A DNA stretch of 64,000 bases, taken from Chrysomallon squamiferum. Taxonomy: Eukaryota > Animalia > Mollusca. The notes below the pieces were generated by a model, which was not told the DNA's origin, made no database searches, and saw only the letters and a list, made by a program, of their open reading frames with translations. Each line of letters starts with the position of its first letter. The stretch's first letter is position 1. Below are positions 1-33,227 of this stretch, piece after piece. Location: positions 20,398,001 through 20,462,000 of the forward strand of contig CM022677.1 in the NCBI GenBank assembly GCA_012295275.1, in the 5' to 3' direction. Made by a program: the position numbers and the translations under genes.

Positions 1-337
1 GATGCAGCAGGCATGGACTTTTATTGTTTATTTATCATCACTATATCTGTGTATGTGTTTGTGTATGTGTCTGTCCATCTCTCGGTCTCTATGTCTTTGT
101 GAGTGTGTTTTAATACTTCTGTGTGTCTGTGTGTTTGTGTGTGTGTGTGTTGTCTGATTGTGTGTGTTTCTGTTGTCTGATTGTGTGTGTTTCTGTTGTC
201 TGATTGTGTGTGTTTCTGTCTGCGTGTGTATGTGTTTCAAACTGTAATTAATCCTATAAAATGTGCATGTTTTTATTCGTCATTTTTGCCTGTGTTGACA
301 AGACACTATCAACAGAGAACTTCATGTTTTTATTCAG

Positions 338-19707
<19,370 letters not shown>

Positions 19708-22377
19708 GCTGATGCTGTCTAAGAGAAGTCAAATGTCATTTTTCTTAAAACTACTTTTCAAAAGCTCGCCTCTGTGCTGTAATGGATAAGTTTCAGTAAC
19801 TCTTCAAGTCTTTTATTAAGATCAGCCCATCTATTTCCCCATTTTATTTTTATTTTTTCAACCTGCAAATGCAAGAGATGGTATCAGTAATAATGACGAT
19901 GACAAAACACAGTCATGTTGGTGTATTACAACAACAACAACACTGAAACAAAAGAGAAAAACAAATACATTATTACTGCTTATTTTTAGAGAAATATTAA
20001 GAGAAAATAATATTTTGCGAACATCACTTGTGTAACATCAATATAAAAAATATAAAAATAACTTGTATTTAACATTAATAAAACAATTTTTTATGTAATG
20101 TGTGGATCAGTTAATGTTTTTAAATCATCATCTAGATGTATATTTGTGTAGTAATTGTTGAATAAAGAGTATTTACATATCAGATGCACTTTGTTAATAT
20201 TTATTTCTGGTGCTGAAACTCACACTCTCACACTGTCTCTCTCACTCTCACACTGTCTCTCTCACTCTCTCACTCTCTCTCTCCCTTTAATTGTTTAACG
20301 ACACAAAAGTAACATTTGAATTTTTTGTTAAGGCGAATGGAAGAATCTAATTTATAGGCTATATTCTGTATTTTTACACAGTTGAAACAAAAAAAAAATA
20401 AAAAAAATATTATGATTATGATATTATTTATATATATATAAACAGCTTTTGATAACTTTTATTTGTATTACAGTAATACTACTATCATAAGCATCTGTTA
20501 TTTAATAGTTAAAAAAACTAAAAAGTATATATATAACGTTTTTGTTTCTCAACTATTAATATTAAAATTAATTATGTCTTGATTCAAATACTTGTTACTC
20601 TTTTCTTACTTCTGTCTTTACGTTGCTCTGTAAATCACAAACGCTTATGATAGCAGTTACTGTAATACATATAAAAGGTACCAAAAATTGTTTCGTCCCT
20701 GACATAAACTTTGTTTAAAAGTCAACCTTTGAAAATCTCACCTGGAGAAGAAGAACGACAGAGTAACTTCCTGTCATGGCAACCAGTTATAACGTCACTG
20801 GGTGTCCGTTCTAAATTTAGCACATCATTATTAAAAACGTACCACGTTAAGTTCGTTTACCTATTAAATAAAATTAATAAATAATAAATTAAGAAAAGAG
20901 TAAATAAGTAACATACAATATCCCAAACAGACGTTAACCTGCCCTACTTTTCGCTGTTTTCCGGTTTCTCAAAAATAATTTTTTGTATTTTTTTATGTTT
21001 TTGGTTTTTTTGTTGTTTGTTTCTTTCTCTCCAGCAGTAGTAAAAAGGATGATTGATTTCTTTCAGTTCTCTATTTATACTGTATAAATGCTTGCAAAGA
21101 TAGTTATAAATAAATAAATGATACCATAATCATAATCATAATAATAATTCTTATTATTTTTATGTTTTAACAGTGTAAAAATACAAGATATAGCCTATAA
21201 ATTAGATTCTTCCTTTCACCTTAACAAGAAATTGCAATGTTGCTTTTGTAACAAAGTGTCGTTAAACAATTAAAGACTAAATCGTTTGAATATTTTTCTC
21301 TTATTTTGAGGTCTTCTCTAATTACATGTAGATACGTGGAGGTATTACAATGAATGAACGAATGAATCAATAGATAGATAGATAAAACTGTTAATTAAAT
21401 CATACAGAAATAAACTCGGACAAAAAAATAATAAAATTATTAGGGCAAAATTGTTAATAGCAGGGTAACCAAATAACCCCACAGAAGGAAAATAACAAAA
21501 ACGAAAAGAGGGCACAAAATCGCGCGACATATTAAATGTTCTGTAACATGATGTATGTTTCCAATTATTTTGTTAACGTGATCTTGGTCTCAGTGATCAG
21601 AATAATAACAATAATTCAAAAATCTGTTATAATTTTTGACTTTCCTGTGCCATATTTTCAGCACTCACCATTCCTCCGTCTATTACGAAATGAACTCACG
21701 ATTGCAGATTGAAATGGTCCGCCATTTGTTCTGTTTGCAAAAGCGGTGCGTTAATTGGCATGCTTCTTTTACAGATTTCTAACTAAAAATAAAAGTTAGA
21801 AAAATAACTGAATAAAATTATGTATTTAAGTTTTGTATTTCGTAAATAACAGGACTGATTACAGAGGACAATAAAATAAAATAAAACATCGTGGAAGTAT
21901 CACTCGGTAATATTTTTTTTATTTATTAATTATTTTCATATTAGGAACTTACTTATATTTGGGAATTTCAAACCTTACAGCCTGGCCTAAGTTTTCGTCA
22001 TAATTTATCAGTATTCGTTTTACAAGTTAAAAGTAAATCCGGTCTCGACGTACACTTGTATAGAAAAGATTCTGGTTACCGTATCGTTCACATTTCCGTA
22101 TGTTTCACTTTATCGTCTGTGCATGATCTCATATAAGATCAAAATAATATTTTCTCATTGATTATGATAACTATTTACTTTCTAACTGTTTAAAAATGAA
22201 AATAGCACCAAAAACAACAACAATAAGAACAAGAAAGAAAAAAAATAAAGGAAATTCATTCAGCTGTTTCGAAGGAATCGATCGAAAATTAGAAATACTG
22301 AGTCGAAATACAATTAAAAGTTCATTTTTTCTTTCTTTCTCATTTCTTTCCCCTTCTGCTCGCAATATAATTTAACA

Positions 22378-22474
<97 letters not shown>

Positions 22475-22721
22475 CATGTTTTTAATCGTCATAATTTACT
22501 AAATTTATAATGAAATTTGAGTTTACTAAGTTAACGTTTAAAATGCATTTCATTTGTAAGGTATGTCCTTGTATGCGTGCGTGCGTGTGTGTGTGTATGA
22601 GATTTCCGAAAGGGTTGGGTAACAAGCATTTCTTCTCTATACCGTGCGAAAATAGATTGAATAACAGATTTAATTTGAAACACGTTTAAAAATTTCAGAT
22701 TGTACTTGTCCATGTCCATAC

Positions 22722-22771
<50 letters not shown>

Positions 22772-22832
22772 GAAATGAAAATAAAATAAAAGTAAATAAA
22801 ACTACAATGTCAACGAAATTGCCCGAACATGT

Positions 22833-22846
22833 GTATGACGTCATAC
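22833..22846. promoter_or_regulatory. Perfect 14-bp palindrome containing a CRE (TGACGTCA) in the putative gene B promoter
   Basis: GTATGACGTCATAC, about 85 bp upstream of a gtaagt donor at 22929 that could end a non-coding first exon spliced to the acceptor at 23417-23418, just before the ATG at 23423. Confidence 0.45.
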
Positions 22847-23422
22847 GTCCCCATTTCTTCATTGAAGTGAGGTGTTGTAAGAGGTGTTCATGTCGAAGTA
22901 AATTTCGAACGAAGACAAGGAAAAAAAAGTAAGTACGTAGAAAATTTGTGACAGTATTCTTAAAAATGATGTTATTTGTTTAATTTCATTAGTGATCAAA
23001 TTTAGACTGTAAGAGGAAATGAATAGAAGGGGGACAGGAAATTTGTATAAACAATTAAAATTGAAGAACATAATGATAATCATAATGTCATGATAGAAAA
23101 TTTAATCTTTAATCATACGTGATGTTAATAATTAGTGTTTATTTTAATAGCTATCGGTCTTGTAATTATTATAAAACTTACATCAATCGTATGCCAACAA
23201 CCTACCATGACGCCATTTTCACTGAACTTGACAGTCTTCAAGTTTAACATTTTCATTAAACGAAATTCAACTATTGTAGATTATTTATTTATTTATATAT
23301 TTATATATACATTCAGTATAATTACATTATATTATATTATTTATTTATTTATTTATTTATATATACATTCAGTATAATTATATTATTATAAATCTATTTA
23401 TTTATTTATTTTTCACAGAGAT

Positions 23423-24051
23423 ATGACTTGGATAATATTTCTGCAGATTTTTGTTTTACTTGGAAATTTGAGACTGGGTAAGTTTTAGTAAAATAATGAT
23501 ATAAAAACACCACACTAGAAGTATTCTTACTGAGCTGGTAGTAGCAGTAGCAGTAGTAGTAAATGCTGTATTGGTAGTTGTGGGTATGTATGCATCACAC
23601 ATATTTTCATAGCTTCACTTAACCGTACAGCATGTTTTATGTGGATTAAATTTCAGAATATTTCTATTTGATGATTTTACAGTCCTGATCCACACATTGG
23701 AAAACAAGTTCAGTTTAATTCTCATGGTTAATTTTTTTTTTATAATCACAGGAACAACATAGTAAAAAAGATTATTATAACTGTAGGTAAAATGTTTGAT
23801 ATTTTTGCAGTATTAAGGAAATTTGCATATCAGTTAAGAAATATACTGGGGCTGAGTAATATGCAGATGCTGATAATTATATGTTGCACACTTTATATTA
23901 TACAAATTTATGAATGTAAAAACGAAAAAATAAATTCTTGTAGTTACAGACTTTATCAAAATATTTTTTTTGACTTACAGAACTGGAATTTGGAATTAAT
24001 TAGTTTAGACCAATTTTGTTGTTATTAATATTTTTATCATTATCATTATTA

Positions 24052-24095
<44 letters not shown>

Positions 24096-24899
24096 TGATG
24101 TTGTTTGAAGTAATTGATCTTAGGAGCTTATTAGTTGGAAATTGTCAGACTTCATTTATCCTAATTAAGTTCATATTTGAAATTAAACTGGTGAGTCTAA
24201 TTAAATGTGATAAGCCAAATTTCAGGCAAATGCTGTTCTTTTGTATTTCAGTCATATATATATTTTTAAGATTTAGTTGCTCTTAATTAAAGATATTCAT
24301 TATGTAGGAAAGTGTATAATATAAAAAGATGTGATAGATGTTTGTGAATGGTTTGACATGGAATAATCTCTACATTGTTTGTTTTACAGTGGCTGATTCA
24401 GCCTGTGTGGGAGTTGACTGTGGACCAGGTCTTTTTAATAATAATTTTAATTTTAATTTTAAATTTAATTTTTTTTTTTACTTTTTAGTTTTACTTTTAA
24501 TTTAATTTCTGTTTTAGTTTTAATTTTAATTTTATTTTTGATTTCTGTTTTAGTTTTAATTTTAATTTTATTTTTAATTTCTGTTTTAGTTTTAGCTTTA
24601 GCTTTAATTTTAATTTTAATTTTAATTAAAGAATGTCTGTTGCAGTACAAAAACAATAGACTAATATAATTGTTTACACCTGCAGGTTATTGTTTTTCTA
24701 ATTGTTTTGGATGACATTTCACTGATTATAATGAGTCACAAAACATTTGAATGCTTCAATTTTGATATATGTATGTATGTATGTAGTTAAGAATGAATCA
24801 TTTCCGTCATGAACTTTAAACTGCATATACGTATATTATATATCTACATCTATATATCTATATCTATATCTACTATATCTATCTATCTCTATATATTTG

Positions 24900-24936
<37 letters not shown>

Positions 24937-26122
24937 ATTTAAAAGATTATAAGGTTTATGGCTCATTTTAAAGGATTTTCTCAAGCAACAGTGGGTTGTA
25001 AGATCAGTTCTTGTTGGTGTTTACTTGAGCTATTTCTAATTCTAGCCAGTCTAGCTGGTGTATAACAAAAAACAACAACTGTGGTATGTACTGTCCTGTC
25101 TGTGGGAATGTGCATAATAAAAATATTCCTTATTGCTTATTACAAAAAAATAGTCCATGAAGTAACAACAGTTTGGTTTCCACTGTAGTTATCAGAATTG
25201 TTCTTAACCATATATCTTAAACCCTACAACTTTGAACAAAATGGTCATTTTGCTGAATAAAACATTTCCTTCCTTCCTTCCTTCCTTCCTTCTTTCCTTG
25301 TTCTGTTAAATATTAATTTGGTTTATGTGACATGTTTGATTAATATTATGATTTTGATTTTTTTGATTTTATGAACTTGCAGTGGACGGGGGTCTGGTCT
25401 CTATGGATTCGACACAGAGCGTACAACTGTACGTCTTCGTGCAAAAGAAAGGTCATTCTAGGCAGGTCCTGCTCTGAGCCTGCGCCCTCTGGGGGTGGGG
25501 CCCACTGTGTGGGAAAGGCTGTTCGTATTTACCAGGAGAACTGTATTGGTCACAGTGACTGTACAGTGGGTGAGTGTTTCTTTTTCTTCATATGTTTTAA
25601 AAAATATGGGCCTTGGAATTGAGAGTTGTTTAGGCCTCTCTCTGTTAACAATACTGCAGGCCTGAACATTAACAATGGTGCAGGCCTATAACTTAACAGT
25701 ACTACCAGGCCAGAAACTAACAGTACTGTATGCCTCATTGTTAATCCAGGTATCAAGATTAACTGCAGTACAATAGGCATCTAAATTAAAACTTCTGCTG
25801 TTAATTATAGTCTGGCTATTAACACTTCTGCAGTTAGTCTGCACTATCATACTTTATTATTTTGAAAGGTTGGTGTCTAGTAACGATTAGATAACAGTCT
25901 TGTAGCATACCCAAAAATGTTTACATTATATGTTTAGTTTAAATTTTTTGTTTTAGTACAGTATTCTGTTAATATCTGTCTATCTATCTGTATGTCTGTC
26001 TCTCTGTCTGTCTATCTATCTATCTTCCTATCTACAGACTTACCTAGCAGTCTATGTCTGTCTGTCTGTATCTATCACTCTATCTCTCTGTGTGCCTGTC
26101 TATCTATCTGTATGTCTGTCTT

Positions 26123-26177
<55 letters not shown>

Positions 26178-29100
26178 GTCTGTCTGTCTAATTGTCTGTC
26201 TACATTGAAGTGGATGGGGTGTGGTCAGATTTCATGTGGACGTATGATGGGCCATGTGAAAAAGGATGTATACAGAACAGTGTGTACAAACGAACGTGTG
26301 ACAACCCAGCTCCCTCTGGTGGTGGTGCTGTGTGTCAGGGAAACAACACTCGCATAGTTCCAATAACCTGCACAAATCTCGACGACTGCAAGAACAGTAA
26401 GATTTACCTGTTTCATTATAACCATAGACACATACAGCTGTATCTGTTATATTATAAACATAGACACTGACTGACACATACAGCTGTATCTTTTCCATTA
26501 TAAACATAGACACATACAGCTGTACCTGTTACATTATAAACACAGACACATACAGCTGTATCTGTTACATTATAAACATAGACACATACAGCTGTATCTG
26601 TTTCATTATAAACACAGACACTGACTCACACATACAGCTGTATCTGTTATAATTATAGACATAGACACTGACTGTTACTTGTATAAACATCATAAAAAAC
26701 AGTATACAAGTTTGTGCCTGTGTGTGTGTGTGTTTGTGAAAGTGAATTTATTAAAACAAATTCTGACACACACACACACACACACACACACATATTTACA
26801 TACACAGACATACATAAAATGTAGACAGATAGCTACTTGTACTAATGCCTACAAAATCCACACAAACACACACACAACACACATAACAGACACAAACATA
26901 TACACCCACAATTAAATCAGTGGTCATTTTCAGCTGATGGTCAGTGGTCAGAATGGTTCAGAGAGGTCAAGGTTCTCTGTCCAGTGAGCTGCAGACGTCC
27001 TGTGACACTGGTCAGAACATGTACAAACCCGGCACCAGAGGGTGGGGGCAAGGACTGTCCAGGGCAGGACTCCCGGGTGATCACAGAAATCTGCAGAGGT
27101 GACAACTGCACTAAAGGTGACTTTTTTACTTCACAAGTGTAGTGTTCACCCCTCAACATCACAGACTGGTGGTGGGTGGGGTAAAAACACACTGGTCCGG
27201 AACATTAAAAAGTCTGGGAAATCACGAATATAAACATTAACCCTAAAATTTACTGAATCAGTAAACTTTAGTAGATATAACAGCTATGTGTTACAGTAAT
27301 ATGATAATGTAAGAACAATATACAAATATATGATAATGTAAGAACAATATACAGATACTAAAAACAGTGTAAAGATGAATGTAGAGGAGAAAAATCTGGG
27401 TTAGGCTGGGTGGAGTTTGTTAGGTTAACATGGTTTAGGTTGCAGCTGTAAATTTTACTGTTACTTTGATGGGGAGTGGGTTGAGAGGGGTTGCTGTGAT
27501 TGTATTGTGAGACTCGTGGAATAAGATAATAGCACACAGAGGTGAGGTTTCAAGTGGGGAAATGGCATTAAGGAAAATAATTTAGAATTTTTTCCAGATT
27601 TGGTCCAGATTTCCCAGAATCTGGAAAACATGAAACTGATGGTCAATAATTAATCAAAGTGGAGATTCAGATTACAGTATGTGATAAAAAGAAACAAGAA
27701 TGTCTTATAAATGGAAAATTGACAACTTTATATATTCAACTTTTTCATTTAATCATTTTCAGTTATTTATTCATTCAATCTCTTAGGAATTCATCTACTT
27801 AGTTATTCATTCCTCAGTTGTTTATTTACTGAATCATTCATCTATCTATTCATTTATGCATTAACTTATTTATTTGTTGACTTTTCATTCATTCATTCAC
27901 TAAGGAATTTATCCATTTACTTTTTCATTCCAATGATGTGATTTATTTACTCAATTATTCTTTTATCCATTCACTTACTCATCGACCTATTTTGATATTT
28001 ATTCATTTATTCATTGATTTATTTATTCACTTACTCAATTATTTATTCACAGAATAAAAACATCAAGGCAGATGGATGAGATTGGTGTTTGGAAGTCATC
28101 ATGTAAACAAAGTGTGTCATTCATTTATTTATTCACTCTTTCAATCCCTCATTCATTTGTTTCATTCATTCATTCATTCATTCGTCTATTCGCAGACAAG
28201 AATCAGTGGACGTCGTGGCAGATAGGTAAGATTGGTGTTTGTAAGTTGACGTGCAAACGTCATGTGTCACTCAGTAGAAACTGTACAGACACTGAACAGA
28301 AGTGCAAAGGAAGGAAAGTTAAAAAAGTCTTTGAGAAGTGCAGAGGGGGTAAATGTGCTGAAAATCCTACAGGTGAGAAAGTTATTACAGGTAAAAATAA
28401 TAATAATAATAATATTACAACCGTTTTCATTATTTAAACTTGCAGATAATAGTATCACACCTGTTTCAATTATTTAAACATGCAGGTAATAATAATAATT
28501 GTTTTAATTATTTAAATATTTAGGTAACATTAATCATATTATCCCTGTTTTTATTATTTGAATATGCAGGTAATAATAAGATAATAATATCACATCTGTT
28601 TTAATTATTTAAACATGCATGTAATAATAATAATGTTACATCTGTTTTAATTATTTAAAATAAATAACATATCTGTTTTAATTATTTGAAATAATTAAAT
28701 ATTTGTAATGATGTAATTAATGTTTTTGCTTTTTTAATTGATATAATTAAAAGTTTGACATAACTGAATGTAATTACTGTTACTCATAATTATAATTTTC
28801 TTGTGTCTGGAAATTTATTGTATTTTCATGAAAAGTGAACTGGTTATCTTATTTTTACAGCCGTAAATAAATAAAAACTTACATAATTAAAAAAATAAAA
28901 TATTATCTGTCAGTGATGTAATTATGTGTCAACACTTGGGCCAGTCCCGTGTGTTGGTTTAACCTAAACAGTGTTGCTGATGCTGAACGTTTGGCTAAAC
29001 TTGTTGTTCATGTCATCTGTGCAGTTCCGATGTGTTCAGAGTAACAGAAACTGACCAAATTACATAAATATCTTTCTTATTTCTGTAAAGTACCGCATCT

Positions 29101-30098
29101 GTGTGTCAGAGTTTGATGAATTTAGTTCCACAGCAATGGATAGGTAATAAATATATATATATATATATTAGGTCCATTTAATTATTTCAGTGGATGGGCA
29201 GTGGAGTGCCTGGTACCGAGAGACAATTGGGCCGTGTCAGAGGTCGTGCAAACACAATGTAACCCTGAGAAGAAAGTGCAATGACCCGGAACCGAGTGGG
29301 CGTGGTCTCGACTGTTTTGGAGAAAGTGTTCGTATAAATCAGGAAAGCTGCCCCTGTCCGGTCACAAAACCAAAAGTAAAACTGACTTAGTACATGTAAT
29401 AGTTTGTGTTTGTGTGTGTGTGTGTGTACGAAAACTAAAAGTAAAAGACTTAGTACATGTAATAGTTTGTGTGAGTGTTGTTTATGTGTGTGTGTGTGTG
29501 TGTGTGTGTGTCTCTGTGTCTGTATGTGTGTGTCTGTGTGTGTGTGTCTCTGTGTGTGTTTGTGTGTGTGTGTGTGTGTGTAAAAAAACTAAAAGTAAAA
29601 GACTTAGTAGAAGAATAGTTTGTGTTTGTGTGTGTGTGTGTACAAAAAGTAAAAGACTTAGAAGATACAATAGTTTTGTGTCTGTGTGTGTGGGGGGTGT
29701 GTGGTTCTAGTAACATAATAACTTTATTATCAACACAGTAATACTATTTATTATTCAGAAACTGAGGGTGATGTGGTTCTAGTAATTTAATAACTTTATT
29801 ATCAACACAGTAACACTATTTATTATTCAGAAACTGAGGGTAATGTGTGTAGTAACATAATAACTTTATTATCAACACAGTAATACTATTTATTATTCAG
29901 AATACGAGGGTGATGTGTCTAGTAATTTAATAACTTTATTATCAACACAGTAACACTATTTATTATTCAGAAACTGAGGGTGATGTGGTTTTAGCAATGG
30001 AAGCTATTATTGGTGTTCTTGCTGTGTCTCTTGTTGTGACATCTGTGATCTACTTAAAGTAAGTTTGTAGTGTGTATTGTAATATACGATTATTAACA

Positions 30099-30175
<77 letters not shown>

Positions 30176-31006
30176 GTATAGACACACATATCAATCAAAG
30201 TAATTTTTCTGTAGGCAGATTCTGGTCTTGTATTTTTACTGAATTCAGAACAGTTACTTGCTCTGTTGAATTATTACAATCATTGTAGTGAATTATTATA
30301 ATTATTCACTGTATTAAATTATTATAGCTACTCACTATGTTGAATTATAGGTTACTGACTATTGCACTGTAACAGTTACTCACTATTTTGAATTATAACA
30401 GTAACACACTATACTGAATTACAAGTTACTCACTATTTGTAATTATAACAGTTACTCACTATATTGAATTATAAGCTACAAACTATTTGGAATTATAACA
30501 GATACTCAATACATTGAATTTTAAGTTACTCACTATTTAGAATATAACAGTTACTCACTCTTTAGAATTATAATAGTTAATCACTATCTTGAATTATAAC
30601 AGTAATTCACTATATTGAATTATAAGTTATTCATTGAATTATGGCAGTTACTAACTGTACTGAAATATACAATTCATCATTACTTACAAAATTATTAAAG
30701 CCAGTTTCACACAATATGACTTTCATCAGCAAATGGTAATAACTTTTAGTGAAAAACAAAGATACAGATAAAATAAACTAATCAGTTGAAATTAATCAAA
30801 ATATAATTCAGCTGTGTTTTTCTTTTTTGTACTTTAATATAATGTAGACTGGACAGCCCTACCAATAAAAAATAAGGAAATATAGAAATCAAAAGAAAGC
30901 AAAAATGTATATATTTTATTCTCTCAACAGAAACTCAAAGCGTTGGAAGCGAATAAAAGTACGAAGAAAACTAAACGCAAAACTCATCGACAGAAATAGG
31001 TATTAA
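23423..31006 (+). CDS. Gene B: type I membrane protein with signal peptide, five thrombospondin type-1 (TSP1) domains, TM and short basic tail (about 390 aa)
   Basis: Exons 23423-23477 ([18 protein letters not shown]), 24390-24428 ([13 protein letters not shown]), TSP1 25383-25569, 26211-26396, 26934-27116, 28196-28372, 29191-29375, TM 29971-30058, tail 30931-31006 ([25 protein letters not shown]). Two 1-nt homopolymer indels are needed (near 25390 and 29374). Confidence 0.82.
25383..25569 (+). CDS. Gene B TSP1 exon 1 (one extra G in the G5 run)
   Basis: [62 protein letters not shown]; donor G|gtgagt. Confidence 0.85.
26211..26396 (+). CDS. Gene B TSP1 exon 2
   Basis: [62 protein letters not shown]; 186 nt, phase 1-1. 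Confidence 0.9.
26402..26672. repeat. About 36-45-bp minisatellite directly after a TSP1 donor
   Basis: cagctgtatctgttacattataaacatagacacata repeated about 7 times. Confidence 0.88.
26934..27116 (+). CDS. Gene B TSP1 exon 3
   Basis: [61 protein letters not shown]; 183 nt. Confidence 0.9.
27195..27352. mobile_element. Fragment of a dispersed repeat, second copy at about 34408-34556
   Basis: Both share tctgggaaatcrcgaatataaayattaaccctaaaatttacyga...taacagctat...cagtaat...gtaagaacaatata; no coding capacity seen. Confidence 0.55.
28196..28372 (+). CDS. Gene B TSP1 exon 4 (short variant lacking PxPxGGG)
   Basis: [59 protein letters not shown]; 177 nt. Confidence 0.88.
29191..29375 (+). CDS. Gene B TSP1 exon 5
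   Basis: [62 protein letters not shown]; 185 nt as assembled, one base short of phase 1. Confidence 0.85.
29700..29990 (+). repeat. About 70-bp tandem repeat x4 containing the acceptor and first ~20 nt of the gene B TM exon
   Basis: taactttattatcaacacagtaayactatttattattcagAAACTGAGGGTGATGTG repeats, with AG ending at 29758, 29830, 29900 and 29970. Confidence 0.92.
29971..30058 (+). CDS. Gene B transmembrane exon
   Basis: ttattcag|AA ACT GAG...TTA AA|gtaagt encodes [28 protein letters not shown]. Confidence 0.82.
30265..30665. repeat. Degenerate ~25-bp minisatellite
   Basis: gttactcactatttgaattataaca variants. Confidence 0.8.
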
Positions 31007-31449
31007 CCTTGTTTTTGTCTTCGGCAGATAGGAAGTAGCTACAACTACCACAACAGCTAAGAGGTTATTGGGGGGATAAAACTGCAGTGACAGTCAAAGT
31101 GCAAAAATCAGTTAACATGGAGACAGTTTGAAGATTACAGGGGAAAAAGGAGATATCCTATTTCACAACATACGTAACACATTCAGAATGTGCCGTTACA
31201 CCAAAGGAAGGATGCTATTTATTAACATACTGAAAACAGTGTATTTACTCCTGTATGGCATCAGATGGTTCAGTCAAATGTCAAGAGAGGAATCCCACCC
31301 CACCATCTTCACTTCGTGGTCTACTCTTTTCTTCTTAGCAAAAAGGGTTCATTTATAACATGCCTTCCCACAGACAGGAGAGTGCATAACATAACCTTTT
31401 GTAAGACTAGTGTTTTTTGTGAAATGGGACAAATCAAAGAAGTGACAGT

Positions 31450-31890
31450 TTCTGTATTTAGCAATAGTTGAATGTAAAGCAGTGTTTGTATTTAGCAATA
31501 GTTGAATGTAAAGCAGTGTTTGTATTTAGCAATAGTTGAATGTAAAACAGTGTTTTTATTTTGCAATAGTTGAAAGTAAAATATCATTTTTATTAAACAT
31601 AGTTGAATATAAAACAGGGTTTTAATATTTAACAACAGTTGAATTTAGAAAAGTTTTTGTATTAAAATGTACCTGAATGGAAAACTACTATTTGGTTAAT
31701 ATGAACAGTTTTTATATTAAACAATAGTTGAATGAAAAATATTTTTGTATAAAAATATAGTTGAAGGTAAAACAATTTTGAATGTAACTATTGTTAATTT
31801 AGAATTATTTTGTATTTAACTGTTAAATTTAGAATTATTTTGTATATAACAACTGTTAGATTTAGAAAACATTTTGTATTTAACAACTGT
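31450..31890. repeat. 34-bp tandem repeat decaying 3'-ward (gene B 3' region)
   Basis: tgtatttagcaatagttgaatgtaaagcagtgtt x3 near-perfect, then diverged copies. Confidence 0.85.
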
Positions 31891-32755
31891 ATTAATAAAA
31901 TGTATTAATACCATGTTGTTCATTCATTATTTATCTGTATCTTATTCGGTATGTAATGATAAATGTATTTAAACATGCAAGTACAACAAGCAGACACAGA
32001 TATACATACACATAAAGAAACCTACTCACAAACACACCCACATACACAGAAAAACACACACACACACATCAATTTATCTGTAGAGTTGTTCATGACACTG
32101 AAAGAACCACTAACATGTTTTATATAAAATGATATATCTTGTGAATATGTGTATGGCTGTATTAGTTTATGGCTTTTGCATGTATATATATATAGATAGA
32201 TAGATAGATAGATAGATAGACAGACAATATACACAACATATACATGAATTAAATAAAATAAAAACTAAATAATAATATTATTGAATAAGACTTAATCCTG
32301 TTTGGGACTGTTCAGTTACTGAGTTGTTGAAAACGTGATCACAACTTACGATGCTCTGGTAGCATTTTCTTAACTGAACTAGACGACAAATCAAAATGGG
32401 CGGGAATTCAGGAATTCGTGACCAAAGGAACGGGGGGCGGGGAATCTAACGTAGAGGAATGTTCTAGAACGTCAAAACGAAATAAACCCAAACAAAACAA
32501 ACAACAACAATCCCCTCCCAAAAAACAAACAAACAAAAAAACAAAACAAAAAACATTAAAAGACAGGCAGTGGAGAAATATGAATGCTAATTTATTAAAG
32601 CGGTTTTAAAAATAGAACGAACTGCAAGACTATTTATGGCGTTCATCTGTGACAGGTTAATTCAAGCGCTACCAATAACTGGAGCATCTTGAGGCATCGC
32701 GAAAGTATCATATTTTCACATATCTCCATGGTTTCGAATGTAAATAGTGTGTGTG

Positions 32756-32796
<41 letters not shown>

Positions 32797-33189
32797 CAAC
32801 ATAAAATTAATGAAGAATATATAGTAAAAAAAAAACTATTTATAAGAATAAAGTGAAACAAAAATAATCAAAAAAGGAGAAAAATGGGGGAAATGGGTGA
32901 AAGAATCTAGAAAAAAACATCAAAAACAAAAACAAAAAAAATAAAAACCGAAAAAAAGAACAACAGAAAACAAAACAAAACAAAACAATAACAAAAATGA
33001 ATAAAAATGAAAAAAAAAAAAAATAAAGTTAGAAGAATAAGAAGAAAATTAAAAACTATTAAGAAGAAAGAAGAATAAAAAAGTAAGGAAGACAGAAAAA
33101 AACATGCCACCGTTTAGCACTAAACCTTTTAAAACAGGAGTCGGCAAACTTTTGTAGAGGGTGGATGGGGGGGGGCGCCAGACAGCTCT

Positions 33190-33227
<38 letters not shown>

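Noticed and set aside
1-16. Possible end of a further gene A exon (GATGCAGCAG|gcatgg)
   Set aside because: Only 10 nt are visible and it needs a GC donor; cannot be supported within this window.
31007-31470. Complex sequence after the gene B stop as additional coding exons
   Set aside because: No frame-consistent spliced continuation found (the candidate intron 31000-31027 is too short); treated as 3' UTR, though the true C-terminus is uncertain.
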